DNA from: Octopus sinensis
Lineage: Eukaryota
Assembly: GCF_006345805.1 (NCBI RefSeq)
Contig: NC_043014.1
Coordinates: 47,988,001-48,052,000 of the forward strand
Direction of reading: 5' to 3'
DNA length: 64,000 nt
Below, piece after piece: positions 29,243 through 42,889 of the stretch (position 1 is its first letter; each line of letters opens with the position of its first letter). The position numbers were made by a program, and so were the translations under genes. The notes under the pieces are model-generated. The model worked only from the letters and a program-made list of their open reading frames with translations. It made no database searches and had not been told where the DNA came from.

Positions 29243-29642
29243 CACTTATTTATATATTATTATATTTCAGGATGGTCGTTAGGAATCTTGCAAAACAAAA
29301 TCATAACATGTGTATATATATACATATACAGGGTGACCCAAACAAATAGTAACTTTTGAAAAACCAAGCAAAAATAGAAAAAAAATCTAAATACAACAGA
29401 AAAATTTTATTGATAGAAATTAAATGACTTGCCTTTTAAATAATCAGTAATTAATGCCTGCAAATTGCATCCTGTTGATGGCGTCCTCTTCTCCATTTGC
29501 ATTCTGTCCATCTGCCATTGATGTTTGCCATTGCTTGGTGCGACATCTCATACCACTTACTTTGTCTTGAATTCTTTGTTTCACTTCTCCAAGTGTCCTT
29601 GGCGGATCAGTGTCAACCCGACTCTTAAGGTAGCCCCACAAG

Positions 29643-30110
29643 GTATCCCTGGGCATGGATACATTGAAACTCCGACGTCTGGCAGCTGAATTCGTAGACA
29701 CCCATAAAATTATTAACCATCTTACAAACAATAACTCTGAGCACCTTTTCGAACTCCACCCGTGGACATATTTACAAAGTTAGAAAACAGCACAGCTCCC
29801 ATGACTTTCGGAAACATTCTTTCATACTAAGAGTAGCTGAAGTTTGGAACAAACTGCTGGCATCAGTTGTTAGTTGTTGGAGCACTGCATCCTTCAAAAC
29901 TTCCATGCTTCCTGAGATTCGCCAACACTACACCTGATTTTCTCCCCTCCATACACATGCAAGCATGTATCTGACTCATACACTGTTCACTTTCCAGACA
30001 TTTGTACATGACTGCATATACTTTATATGCACTTTTGACAAGTTGTGGTGCACCTGAGCACTGTATAGAATACTTTCATTATTATTATTCTTCTTCTTAT
30101 TATTATTATT
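29643..30110 (+). mobile_element. CR1-clade LINE 3' end inserted in a transposase gene
   Basis: LKLRRLAA...HKII...RGHIYKV...RVAEVWNKL, (ATT)n tail; splits the host motif CDFFL|WGYLK. Confidence 0.8.
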
Positions 30111-31185
30111 AAGAAAAAATCACAAATTGAAAAGCCTGGTGACCTTGGGGGCCAGTGAATGTCACCGAGTCTTAAGATGATACACTTACCAAAGAAATCT
30201 TGCACAGCTGCCATTGACTGCCTTGTAGTATACAATGTCACACCATCGTGAAGTTGCGGAACAATGTTCAATGCAGATGCAACCAAAGATTGTAGCATCT
30301 CAACATATCGATCCAAAGTGACAGTCTGTGTGATCCCACTTTCATTTTCGAGAACGTAAGGTCTGATGAGACCATGTGATGAAACTGCACACCATACTAT
30401 CACCTTGCTGCTGTGTAAAGGGCATTCATGAAATTCTTAAAGTCAGCTGTCTGCCCAGTAATGACAGTTCGGTTCACATAACCTGCGAGATGAAAATGAG
30501 CCTCATCTGGACATCCACAGCTTGTTCAGAAATTTGTTGTTTTACGAGCGTGATTGTTGCCAGCGTCACCTTACCGGTTCATGTGCCAGTGGCATGTGAA
30601 AAACAACATTCGAGCGTGGTTGCTGCCAGTGCTGCCGGACTGGCTTCCATGCAGGTAGCATGTAAAAACACCTTTGAGCATGGACGTTGCCAGAACCGCT
30701 TGACTGGCCCGCATACCAGTGACACATAAAAGCACCCACTACACTCTCAGAGTGGTTGGCATTAGGAAGGACATCCAGCTGTAGAAACTTTGCCAGATCA
30801 GACTGAGCCTGGTGCAGCCTCTGGCTCACCAGTCCTCAGTCAAACCATCCAATCCATGCCAGCATGGATAGCAGACGTTAAAAGATGATTTGTTTTCCAT
30901 AATTTTTTGACAGAATTCTTATTGCAATTGGTGATCATTTTCCTGCAGTTCTTGCATGATCTGCAGCTTGTACAGACGAAATTTTAAGTCAAAATGGAGA
31001 ATTCAGCAAACACTCTCTCAGGACAACCTTGATGCAACTGCTTGCTTACAAGCTGACCAGTGTTGAGCCTTGATATTCTGTGGAGTAGAAACACTTCTTG
31101 GTTGTCCTGTTGGTTTCTTTTTCACAACCAACCCAGTCTCTTCAGTTTTTGATCCATGTTTTTATCATGTGTTTTGAGGCAACTT

Positions 31186-31491
31186 GTTTATTCCTTCTCG
31201 AGCCATGCCTGGCTCATAAGGGCCGGTTTCCCTGGTTTCCTTGGCCTATAGGATTCCCCACCTGGACGGGATGCCGGTCTGTCGCAGGTGAGCTGCTAGA
31301 TGCAGGTGGAAAGAGTGAGAGAAAGTTGTGGTGAAAGAGTCAGCAGAAGTTCGCCATTACCTTCTGCTGGAGCCGCATGGAGCTTAGGTGTTTCGCTCAT
31401 AAACACACACATCGCCCGGTCTGAGATTCGAACCTGCGATCCCTCGACCGCGAGTCCACTGCTCTAACCACTAGGCCATGTGCCTCCACTC
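31186..31491 (-). mobile_element. tRNA-derived SINE family 3 with target-site duplication
   Basis: TGGCCTAGTGG A box, GGTTCGAATCT B box; TSD gaggcaactt at 31176-31185 and 31492-31501. Confidence 0.88.
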
Positions 31492-31879
31492 GAGGCAACT
31501 TCTAGCAACTTTCAAGGCAACTTGACTATGACACACTAAATTGAGATGACATTGGAACTCACATGGCACACCCTCCAAACTATTGTTGTTTTTGTGAAAC
31601 ATTTTTATGGTGAAAGCACACTGTTTACCATTCCACTGGTCCATGATTACTAAATTGCAATGTTGTTTCTGCATGAAGGTTACTGTACCACAGTGCTACC
31701 AAATGTACAGTTCAGCATGGTTGCCACTATGCATTTCAAAAGTTGCTGTTTTATTTGTTTAATATCTGTCGAACTATGCTACATGCAATTTTAAGAAATT
31801 GTAGTCTATTCTTAGCCACTTTGCTACGATAGCGACAACATGAATTTCTTCCATCTTACTCTGTTATGATATTTAAGAA

Positions 31880-32047
31880 AAATTATACTAATGTGTTCTA
31901 CTTGTTAAAAAATTTTATGTTTTGTGCAGTTGAAGATAGCACTAAATTTAAACTGATGTAATGATTGCATTGTTCAATTAAATGGAGCTGCTTGAAACGG
32001 TCATACTACATTACTACTTGATATCTTGTTGCTTATTTTGATTTTAT
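31880..32047 (+). mobile_element. Short element, family D, with long-stem-II hammerhead motif at 31924-32011
   Basis: Homologous to 52105-52292; gtgcag TTGAAGA...GAAACGGTCATA ctacat. Confidence 0.55.
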
Positions 32048-32248
32048 ATATGTTTATATATATAGTTGAAATTTATAGTAAAACAAAAGATGAAGACAGG
32101 TGTATAAACAACAAACAGGTGTCTTAGTTTAACGCTCAGGAAGGTGAGAAAGTCTTTTATGTTTGAAGCCTGCACTTTTCAATGGAAAGGAAGACGAAGA
32201 ATTATAGAGAGAGAGAATAAAAAACTTTATAACTATCGGTCAATAATG

Positions 32249-32279
<31 letters not shown>

Positions 32280-32371
32280 CATATATATATATAAATATAT
32301 ATACATACATATATGTATATATATATATACATATATATATATTAGAAGATTTGGAGGTGATGTACAGGTAT

Positions 32372-32492
32372 TATATATTAGAAGAAATAAGGTACTCAGA
32401 AATCTGGATGGTTTTATATTTACAGATTTTTATTAATATGTCAGATGTCAAAAATCTGTAAATATAAAACCATCCAGATTCTGAGTACCTTC

Positions 32493-32503
<11 letters not shown>
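32372..32503. repeat. Fold-back palindrome (about 55-bp arms) within a (TA)n tract
   Basis: ggtactcagaaatctggatggttttatatttacagattttt versus aaaaatctgtaaatataaaaccatccagattctgagtacc. Confidence 0.85.
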
Positions 32504-32554
<51 letters not shown>

Positions 32555-33219
32555 TGCGCACACACGTGTGTGTGCAAGCTTCACTAAATGTTTAAATCTT
32601 GTATTGACATCATGTGATAGTCGTAAATAAGCATGACCACCATACAATTGGTGTCTCTTGCTTCCAGTTTTCTATGAAAAATGTGAATAATACCTTGGCT
32701 GAAAACAAATGAATGTTGGTGACAGGAAGGGCATCCAACCATACAAAACCTGCCTCAACAAATCCTGTCTGACTCATGCAAGTATAGACAGGTGGACATT
32801 GAAACAGATTTTGTTATATTTTGGATGGTCATTTTTTTTCTTCACTTTAGATTTATTATTGTTCTTTTTTAAATGAAAATCTTCCATCAGAATGAACTGA
32901 ACAGAACAGGGGACCTGTGGGATGGAGTGTTGCTGAAGAGGTCAGAGGATGTGTGACAGGATTTTCAGACAAAGAACAATAATTAAATCTGAAGTGACGA
33001 ACAAAGGCATAGTTGCAGGAGTTTATTTGGCAAGAAAGCAAAATGACCATCCCGAAATATAACAATAGATGATAATATATATGCGTGTGTGTGTGTATAT
33101 ATATATATATATATCAATAATAACAAAGGGTAAAATTAATGAATTAAGAAGTAATCAATAATTTCACCAAGTAGAATTCAGCATGAAAAAAAGGACCATT
33201 TCATGGTAAACTTAAGTAA

Positions 33220-33448
33220 TACTAAATAATTAGGGTTCAGCAAAGATTTGCTTTACCACATACCAAAGTTTAGAAATAGCAGCGAAAAAACGTTAGCTAT
33301 TTCTTCTACTTTAAAAAGGGACTCCCTTCTACTTCAAAAAGGAAGTCCCTTTTTAAAGTAGAAGAAATAGCTAACGTTTTTTTCGCTGCTATTTCTAAAC
33401 TTCGGTATGTGCTAAAGCAAATCTTTGCTGAACCCTAATTATTTAGTA
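33220..33448. repeat. Fold-back palindrome (about 104-bp arms, about 20-bp spacer)
   Basis: 33220-33323 is a near-perfect reverse complement of 33344-33448. Confidence 0.9.
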
Positions 33449-34605
33449 TATATATGCACACACACATCAAAATATGAGACTTTTACAAAATTCATGCATC
33501 AAATTAGTATTTTTGTGACAGAAATAATTTATTGACAGTTATTGCCAAGCTAATATAGCAGTCCATATGCCTCGGTCATATGACTAGGTGGGCTGTACTG
33601 TGGACACGAACCACCAATCTCCTCACTAGTTATCCAGTTCCTTCCCATCTTGACAATTTTCCGACCCCTAATATAATCACAAATTTTGTTTGCACCTATT
33701 CTATAGAACAGCATAATCACATTTTCTTCTGCTACCATGTAGGTCCGATTATTATAAGCTAACACTTTGAGCAGGTCCTCTCACAGCCTTAGGCCAATCA
33801 AAGCTTTCTAAGTAAAATATGTATTTCTTTATTGCCCACAGGGAGCTAAACATAGAGGGGACAAACAAAGTGATTAAGTCGATTACATTGACCCCAGTGC
33901 GTAACTGGTACTTTATTTATCGACCCCGAAAGGATGAAAGGCAAAGCCGACCTCGGCAGAGTTTGAACTCAGAACGTAACGGCAGACGAAATACGGCTAC
34001 GCATTTCGCCCTGCGTACTAACGGTTCTGCCAGCTCGCCGCCTTCAAAGCTTTGTAATTAAAATATAATCGATGGAAGCTATGTGGAAAGTATCAGTCCT
34101 GTTGCATGATTTAAACACCTTGCAGGTCATTTAACAAACTCCAGCTGTTTCAAGTCTCAAGACCAAGTGTGTAGTATGAAGGTAACCTCTTCAAACTAGT
34201 GACCAGAAAAAGTGTAAGGTGCAATATACTGTTTTTACTAACTCGTGTAAACAATTTTAAAGGATAGGGATGAATTTCCCATTGTCGCAGTCTAAATGAT
34301 AGAGGCAGTTGTGAAGACTTAGCAGGAAAAAGTTAGGAGTTACTGAAACTAGTAATTTATAGTCTCACATGAATTACCTCCCTTCAACAGTAATCACAGA
34401 GCTTCTATGAGGGTCACTCAAACTCCTAGAAATAACGGCCAAATCTCCTTCAAATCACGAAATACCACCAAATAAGGAAAGAAACATTGGACAATGTAGT
34501 CCCTTGCACACGATGTCCCACCCCAAAGTAAAATGGAATGGTCATGATTGAAATATATTTGATCACAGCTGGCCTGGAGCTAAACAAGATGTTTATATAT
34601 GTATA

Positions 34606-34899
34606 CTAGCAGTATCGCCCGGCGTTGCTCGGCTTTGTAAGGGAAATAACTATATAAGCATTTTTAGAGAGTTACTTCCCTTATATAATAGCAAAAAAAT
34701 GCATTAATAAGGGAAAAAGTGATGGTAAATTCTTTTTTAAATTGTAGACTCATCGTAGACGTGCTAATACCCAGAAGGGCTCGATATGAATCACGACTAT
34801 AAGATACCTGGTTTTGGTTACACTGCACCGCAAAATGTGGGAGTAGTTAAGAATCTAAATTGTAGGAGACAGACACAACTTCGCTTTTATATATAAAGA
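34606..34899 (-). mobile_element. Non-autonomous Helitron
   Basis: A|TCTTTATATATAAAAGCGAAGTTG...CCGAGCAACGCCGGGCGATACTGCTAG|T. Confidence 0.85.
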
Positions 34900-34904
34900 T
34901 ATAT

Positions 34905-35232
34905 AATTGCAGCGTGGAAGGTGTTTATAAGCCATTTAAGAAACACACAAAAACCGTTAGATTCACTTCAACATTTAAATTTAATTTGTCAAAATATTTT
35001 CGTCGTTTTCAGACCGCAACCTGTTCACTGACAGCACGAATTTTTGTCAGTGAACAGGTCACGGTCTCAAAGCGATGAAAATATTTTGGCAAATTAAATT
35101 TAAATGTTGAAGTGAATCTAACGGTTTCTGTGTGTTTCTTAAATGGCTTATAAACACCTTCCACGCTGCAACTCTTTTCTTTCCAGCACACGATCTCAGA
35201 TCAGGTCACTTGCTATGCAAGTACATCTCCAT
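34905..35232. mobile_element. Fold-back element, family A, with two inverted hammerhead-like motifs (34987-35033 minus, 35043-35093 plus)
   Basis: About 130-bp inverted arms meeting near 35037; both arms carry TGTCA GTGAACAG GTYRC...RCGAY GAAAATATTT TGRCA. Confidence 0.75.
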
Positions 35233-37287
35233 AATATATATATATGTATGTATGTGTGTGGAGAGAGAGAGAGCTATGCATGGTAATATATATATATATG
35301 GAGGACTGTATGATGTGTTTAGGACGTATGGTAGTATATGTAGAGGACAACGTGTGGTGTGTGTCAGGAGATAACCTACAGGAACAGGTGGCGACCCATA
35401 AAGAAAAACTGAATTTTTAAAGTCTTAAAGCTTCAGGTTTATGAGAAAGGATTAAAGAAATTCTGTGATATTCACACTTATCAAAAAAGAATTTGTACAA
35501 GGTAAAGTGGGTCACAGATCTCGTTTGCCAAATACTTCTTTTGTAAGACATTCACCAACCTGATTGCAGTAATGGAAAAACTATTTCCTGCTGAAACAAT
35601 TTCAACAGCTTGAAGTGAATGAAATACCTCCATGATGTGAAGTTGTGCATTCACACGCTTTGTTGAGATCTTATATCTCTTTTACATCATAAGATTTGCA
35701 GACACTAAGAGAGCTAAGACAGTGTGATTTCTGGATCTTTTGCAAGAGTTATTAAAAGTGAAGAGGTAAGATTCAGGGGTACAAAGTAGTCGAAACATTT
35801 GGATTTCTGAAAAGGAGAAACAATAGAAAAAAATTCTAATGTAGTACAGTCCCCCTCCTCAAATGCCCAGCCCCTCTCATAATTCCTTGTCTTGTGAGTT
35901 ACTTGGTTACCCTACCAGTGTTGGTGCCATGTTAAAAGCATCCATTCCATACTGTAACATGGTTGGCATTTGGAAGGGCATCCAGTGGTAAAAATCATGG
36001 CAAAACTAACCTCACCTGTGCTAGTACCATGTAAAAAGCATTGAATTCACTCTGCGGAGTGGTTGGTGTTAGGAATAGCAACCAGCTGTAAAATCCCTGA
36101 GAAAACAGACACAGTAGCCTAAGGTAGATTTTCTACCCGGCCGGCTCCTGTCATCCGTCTTACCCATGCATGGAAGATGGACATTAAACAATGATGATGA
36201 TGATGATGTAGTGGGGTGGGGGCGGGGTAGTTAATGGGCTGAATCTTACATAAGTGTGGTACTTATATATTTCTTTACTACCCACAAGGGGCTAAACAAG
36301 GACAGACAAACAGATTAAGTCGATTACATCGACCCCGAAAGGATGAAAGGCAAAGTCGACCTCGGCGGAATTTCAACTCAGAACGTAGCAGCAGACGAAA
36401 TATGGCTACGCATTTCGCCCAGCGTGCTAACGTTTCTGCTAGCTTGCCGCCTTTAGTGTGGTACTTATATATCAACCAACTTCTGCACAATATCAGACAA
36501 AATCAGAACGAAGGGCCATAACTTGGTAACATTACCATTTCAAATTTCAGTGACAAAACCAGAATTTTCAGAGACAATACTTAATATATTAGACCCAATA
36601 ATAAAACTGGTATTTTTTACCTTATTGGTCCGAGCATCATAAAGGGGCGTAACTTTAAAATATCATAAGACATTTTCACCATTGCTCAACTAATTTCTTA
36701 GTTTATGACTCACTCGTCAATTAAAGACAAACAGCAAAAAGATTTATTTATATTTTTATTATTATTTTTCTTTTAACTTTGGCGTTTGTTTTCAGAATCT
36801 AGTCCTTGTCTTTATATTTCAGATAATATGGGAGAAATTATATATATGAACTGCTGATAACAAGAAAAAAAAAAAATGGTTTGGAGAAATAGCAAAGAGA
36901 CTATTTAAAGAAATCTTGAAATAATGGAAAATATCTCACAATTCCATTTAACCAATAATTTCACACAGTTCCAGTTTTGTAATTTTTTTTTTTTTTAGAT
37001 TAAAATTTTTTTATGATTACGTTATATATTTCTTTATTGTTTTGTTTGTTGAATTTGGTTTTATAAAGTCTGAGAGAGAGAGAGAGAGAGATAGACAGAC
37101 AGAAGGGTATGTGTTTAAGTAAGCTTGTGTGTGTGTGTGTGTACGTTTGAGAGAGAGAGAGAATATGTGTATGTGTGTGTATATTGACAACATGATGTAA
37201 ATCATTTGAAAATTGTGGTGTTAGAATAGGTTATTTGACTGGAGTAGGGGGTAGACAGAAAGAGAATGTGATGACAAAGAGATAACA

Positions 37288-37331
<44 letters not shown>

Positions 37332-37410
37332 TGTATGCAGAGAGAAATATATAACACAAACATGGATGGATGAGATAGACACAGTAGACAAAATATAAAT
37401 TAACTAATAC

Positions 37411-37441
<31 letters not shown>

Positions 37442-37797
37442 TACACATATATATCTATATATATATATATACATACACACATATATACATACATACACAC
37501 ATATATACATACATATATATATATACATATATATACATACATATATATACATACACATATATATATACATACACACACATATATATATATACACATATAT
37601 ATATATATACACACACACATATATATATACACACACATATATTATATATATATATATGCACACACACATGTATGGTATACTTTCTGATGCTCCACTGCAT
37701 GAGATCAGCTGGTAGAGCACCGGGATATTACAGCTGTCACAACAGACAAATAGACTGACATGGAAAACGGACATTAAAAGATGATGATGATACACAC

Positions 37798-37846
<49 letters not shown>

Positions 37847-38935
37847 ATATATATGCCAGATAAAGAAACACTCGCAGAAAAAGTGAAATGATGTTGGAAC
37901 AGGCAATAATAAAAAAAAAAAAAATTCTTTTTTTTCAAGTTGTTGTTTCCCTTTATGTCATATGTTTTGTGAAAAAAAACCTGTTGAGTTAAAATATGAA
38001 AAAGTCTGATAAACAAAGAAAATGCAATGAGAGGAAGGAAGAAAACAAAAAATTAAAATAATTTTCTATTTGGCGGCACAAGGCCAGTGAAATATGTCAG
38101 TGCCAGAAGTCGTCTGGTTCTCTATATTATAGACCCTGGAAGAAAGACAGACAAATGTTGGTGTAATGTTGACATCAGCGGTAGTATTTGAACCCAGAAT
38201 GGGAAGGGATTATAACTAGATACCACAGGATATTTTATTATACTATACCTCTACCAAATCTGCCATCTCGTGACTAATAATTATTGTAACAAACAATAGC
38301 AATAATAAATAAATAAAAAATAAGGGTTAGAAAGTGCAGAAAGTGAGAAGATTTATTCAGCATCGGTCGCCATTAACATCATTATCATCATCATTATTAT
38401 TATTATTAATAGTAGTAGTAATAGTATTATGGTGTGGTGGTGGTGAGTCTTTAAAGTGGAAATGTTCGGTCCCAAATTTCCAAGAGAAAAAAAAAAAAAA
38501 AAATAATAATTCTTTTATTATATTCTTTTATAATAATAATAATATTAATAAACTGTTACATTCTTTATCAATTATTGATATGACAACACAAGTCAAGAAT
38601 GTTGAAAATCAACAAACTCATTGAACACCACACCTTGCACAATCACCACCACCACCACCAATATTCTGCCTCAACCGTAACAGCTTCATACCTATACATA
38701 CACACACTCATGCACACAGACAGACAGACACACACACACACTACCGAGACTAAAAAAACAACAAAATAACCAAAATTTTCTATCTTCTGTAGCAAAAAAA
38801 AATCTTGTCTGAATCATTGATTGTGTATGTATATGTATGTATATGTATATATGTGTATATATGTGTATATATATTTGTACATGTGCATGCACATACATGC
38901 TTTAAATATATATAAGTATACCTACATGCATGCTG

Positions 38936-39003
<68 letters not shown>

Positions 39004-39210
39004 TGTAAATGAATGTAGTTATGTGTGTGCATATATAAAGAGACAGAGAGATAGTGAGGTGTGTATGTGTGTGTGTGTGCATTTGTGTGTATGTGAAAAA
39101 AGGGAAGAGATAGAGAGAATATGTATGTGTGTGTCTATATGTGAAAGAGGGAGAGAGAGAGAGAGACTTAAGTGAACCCCACCCCAATCAAAGCAAGCAG
39201 CTGATGTCCT

Positions 39211-39297
39211 TTACACAATTTCATATTTGTCAACGTAGAATACGACTTCAGAAGAATATTTCACAGGTTCATCATCTGTGGTGATCACTTCAGAGAT
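39211..39297 (-). CDS. ARCN1: delta-COP last coding exon (ISEVITTDDEPVKYSSEVVFYVDKYEIV*)
   Basis: ttctag acceptor, TAA at 39211-39213, conserved VDKYEI terminus. The 11 exons total 1524 nt in one frame (508 aa with the missing Met). Confidence 0.96.
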   Translation of the reverse strand: MSEVITTDDEPVKYSSEVVFYVDKYEIV

Positions 39298-39999
39298 CTA
39301 GAAAAAAAAAAAGATGAGAAAGAAGTTAGAGCTGTGACATGTCATGATACAGGGCAGTGAGTCTCAACCCCTTTTTTTTTACCTATGGTCCTCTCTGACT
39401 CCTCTTCTACTCAGGTGGATTCTCATTGCCTTTTGATGTTTAATAAGCCCTATTATGTACTATTAGGAATTCCCTGTCATCTTTTACTTGTTTCAGTCAT
39501 TTGACTGCAGTTATGCTGTGGAGTGTTTTGAAGAATGTTAGCCGAATGAGTCGACCCCAGTACTTTTTTTTTAAGCCTGCTTCGAATCACATGATACTTA
39601 GTTTAAAAAAAAAAGGCATTGGATAATAGTTAGAAAAAAAGACAGGATAGTCACATCTAGAAAATTTTTGATCATTTGTTTGCTAGATCAAGGTGGACCT
39701 TGAGCTAAATAACAACAACAACAATAACATGCCTTTGGGTAAGACAAAAATCTGTTTTCTCCCTTGCCCCCAACTTGATTGGACAAATTTCTTTCAACTT
39801 CCATTAAGTTCATGTGCTTAGGTAAGGTACGTAACTCTGCCTGTGTCAGTCTATCTAACTGATTAACAGGTTGGACTTATTTCACAGCGAAGTGGTGAGC
39901 ATTAAGGCGTCCAGCTCCTATAATATACAGTTGCCCAGTTTGCAATGACCGCCTCTACAGTCACAGAATAAAAGGATGTTCACATATACCTACACTGTT

Positions 40000-40289
40000 T
40001 GGTCTATATTAAGACCATAACGGCCCCAGTGTTTACAGAATAATCTATACAATCTGGTTTATATATAGACTTCTGCTACCTTCCCCTAGTCTACATTGAG
40101 ACTTTTACTACTTATTACTACTTAGACCATGATCTATATTTAGACATCTACTGCTTGCCCCATGGTCTATATTTAGACTTACACTTCTAACACCACTGTC
40201 TATATTTAGATTTCTGCTGCTTACTCCATGGGTTATATTGAAACTACTACTTATACTAAGGTATATTTACATATGTGTGTGTATGTATG

Positions 40290-40328
<39 letters not shown>

Positions 40329-41650
40329 TTTACTCTTTTAGTTGACTGCGGCCATGCTGGAGCACTGCCTTTAGTCGAGCAAATCGACCCCAGGACTTAT
40401 TCTTTGTAAGCCTAGTACTTTTTCTATTGGTCTCTTTTGCCAAACCGCTAAGTTACGGGGACGTAATCACACCAGCATTGGTTGTCAAGCGATTTTGGGG
40501 GGACAAACACAGACACAATATATATATATATATATTCTTTTACATGTTTCAGTCATTTGACTGCAACCATGCTGGAGCACTGTCTTAAAGGGTTTTAGTC
40601 AAAGAAATTAACCCCAGGACTCATTTTTTAAAGCCTAGTACTTATTCTATCGTCCCTTTTGCCGAACCACTAAGTTACAGGGACATAAACACAACAATGG
40701 TTGTCAAGCGACGAAGTGGTGGTGGGGGGGACAAGCATAGACACAAACACAAATACATACACACGACAGGCTTCATACAGTTTCTGTCTACCAAGTCCTC
40801 CCACAAGGCTTTGGTCGGCCCAAGGCTATATAGTAGAAGACACTTAGCCAAGGTGCTATGCAGTGGGACTGAACCTGGTACCATGTGGTTGGGAAGCAAG
40901 CTTCAGACCACACATCCACACATGCGATTACATAAATACACAGAGACTATGCTTGCCCCATGGACTATATTTAGACCATGCTTACACCATGGTCTATCTT
41001 TAGATTTCTACTGCTTGCCCCATGGGCTATATTGAATGGTGTAAAGGTAATGCACTTAGGCCGTTGCCAGCACCACCCCGACTGGCCCCCATGCGCGTAA
41101 AATGCATCATCCGATTGTGGCCGTTGCCAGTCTTGTCTGGCCCCCATGCCGGTGGCACGTAAAAAGCACCATCCAATCGTGGCCGTTTGCCAGCCTCATC
41201 TGGCACCTGTGCCGGTGGCACGTAAAAAGCACCATCCGATCGTGGCCGTTTGCCAGCCTCATCTGGCACCTGTGCAGGTGGCACGTAAAAAGCACCCACT
41301 ACACTCACAGAGTGGTTGGCGTTAGGAAGGGCATCCAGCCGTAGAAACACTGCCAGATCAGACTGGGCCTGGCGCAGCCTTCTGGCTTCCCAAACCCCAG
41401 TTGAACCATCCAACCCATGCTAGCATGGAAAACGGACGTTAAACAATGATGATGATGATGATGGTGACTGCATACACCATGGACTATATTTAGACTTCTA
41501 CTTCTTACATCATGGCTTGCCCTATGATCTATATATAGATTTCTACTACTTGTCCCATTGTCTTTATTGAGACTTCTACAGCTCACATATTGTCTATATT
41601 TACACTTCTACAGTTATATTCTATACAGAGACCATAGTTTCTATTCCTTA
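40000..41650. repeat. Degenerate about 33-bp minisatellite in the last ARCN1 intron, split by SINE/RTE insertions
   Basis: ccatggtctatatttagacttctactgcttgcc-like units at 40000-40270, 40945-41035 and 41475-41650. Confidence 0.7.
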
Positions 41651-41707
41651 GTCTAAACAGAAAGCCTTTTATCTTGGAGAAAGCTGGCATTAGTCAATTG
41701 TCCTTAC

Positions 41708-41912
41708 CTGAATGTCACAGTACGATTTTGTGGAGACAAAAGACACTTTGACAGGGAAGAAATCTTCTGGATGTCCATTGATGCTGAATTCCATACTGCC
41801 AGACTTGTTTGCAGCATCAATAAGTGGTAAGTTCCATAGCAACTGGTTGTTGCTGCGCTCATATGTATAGTTTCCATCACAGTCACCAACAATTGGAGAT
41901 CCAACACCAGAC
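41708..41912 (-). CDS. ARCN1: delta-COP exon (SGVGSPIVGDCDG...LLWNLPLIDAANKSGSMEFS...DFFPVKVSFVSTKSYCDIQ)
   Basis: atacag acceptor, 205 nt, gtaagg donor. Confidence 0.96.
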
Positions 41913-42559
41913 CTGTATCAACAACAATATGTATCAGTGAAAATAGCAGCAGCAGCAGCAACAGCAACAACAACAACAACAATCATCTTTGTTATAGCAC
42001 TGTATATCTGTATGTATTGTAAAAAATATTGGATTTTTATACAGTACAGTATATAATTGTACCAATATTATTACAATACATCTTACAACACTCAATATTA
42101 TTGTAACATTATATTTGTTTTAGTACTGTCTAGTATTGTAATATAATTACAATATTGCTTGCTGACTTCCAGTGATAAAAAAATTAAAAAAACAGATTTT
42201 TTACTAAGATGAATTAAATAAGTTTCAGTTAAGATGTGGTTCCTACCTATGAATAACTTAATAGTAGCACCTTATATAAATTTAGTGAGCTTCTACAGTC
42301 ACTTGACCTGCTAAAATTGCAGTTAAATTTCTGAAAATCATATCTTTCTCTTTTAAAAGACTGCTATAAAAGATAGGAGGGTCACAATTTATGGTGCAAT
42401 CAAATATTTTGATGTTCAGCAATGGTGGTGTTGTGAAATATTTTTGCACACAACATTGACTGAACAGGCAGTGGCATGACAACCACTATAGTTTGTGCTA
42501 TGGTATAGGCATGTACTACATACTACAATAGTGGTGTAGTATAGGCAGGTGTTACTTAC

Positions 42560-42668
42560 GGCAATGGTATAGTTATAACAACATCATTTAGTTCTAAGTT
42601 CTGCTGTTCCAGTTCATATTCTATGTTGACATCACAGCCAGATCCAGTTTCTGAGGGCCAGCAATTTA
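42560..42668 (-). CDS. ARCN1: delta-COP exon (INCWPSETGSGCDVNIEYELEQQNLELNDVVITIPLP)
   Basis: tttcag acceptor, 109 nt, gtaagt donor. Confidence 0.97.
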
Positions 42669-42889
42669 CTGAAATACAGAAAGTGCATATATTCATGTAA
42701 TGGGGTGTGCAGTATTGGATTTGATAACTACATAATAAAAGACACATTGTATGGTAGGTAACTGCGACTATAATCATGAAATATGAGGTTTATGCAATGT
42801 AAAGATTTGAAATATGTACTGACTAAGGGAAAATGAGAATACTACAAGACATGATTCTACAAACAGACAATGGTAAAACTACTATACAG

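Larger units (their letters stand above)
29329..31757 (-). mobile_element. Decayed Tc1/mariner-superfamily DNA transposon with three nested insertions
   Basis: TA-CAGGGTG terminus; partial TIR (AACTTTTGAAA) at both ends; transposase motifs VWCAVS...PY...WPPRSP...CDFFLWGYLKSRV. Confidence 0.82.

Noticed and set aside
29130-29300. CTGATGA...GAAA on the minus strand in a short duplicated repeat (related pieces near 12780, 32810, 33040)
   Set aside because: The intervening ccatcct cannot form stem II and no stem I is evident; the second copy lacks the core.
31400-31491. tRNA gene-like sequence (also 50240-50315)
   Set aside because: tRNA-derived SINE heads followed by SINE bodies; no complete cloverleaf with terminator.
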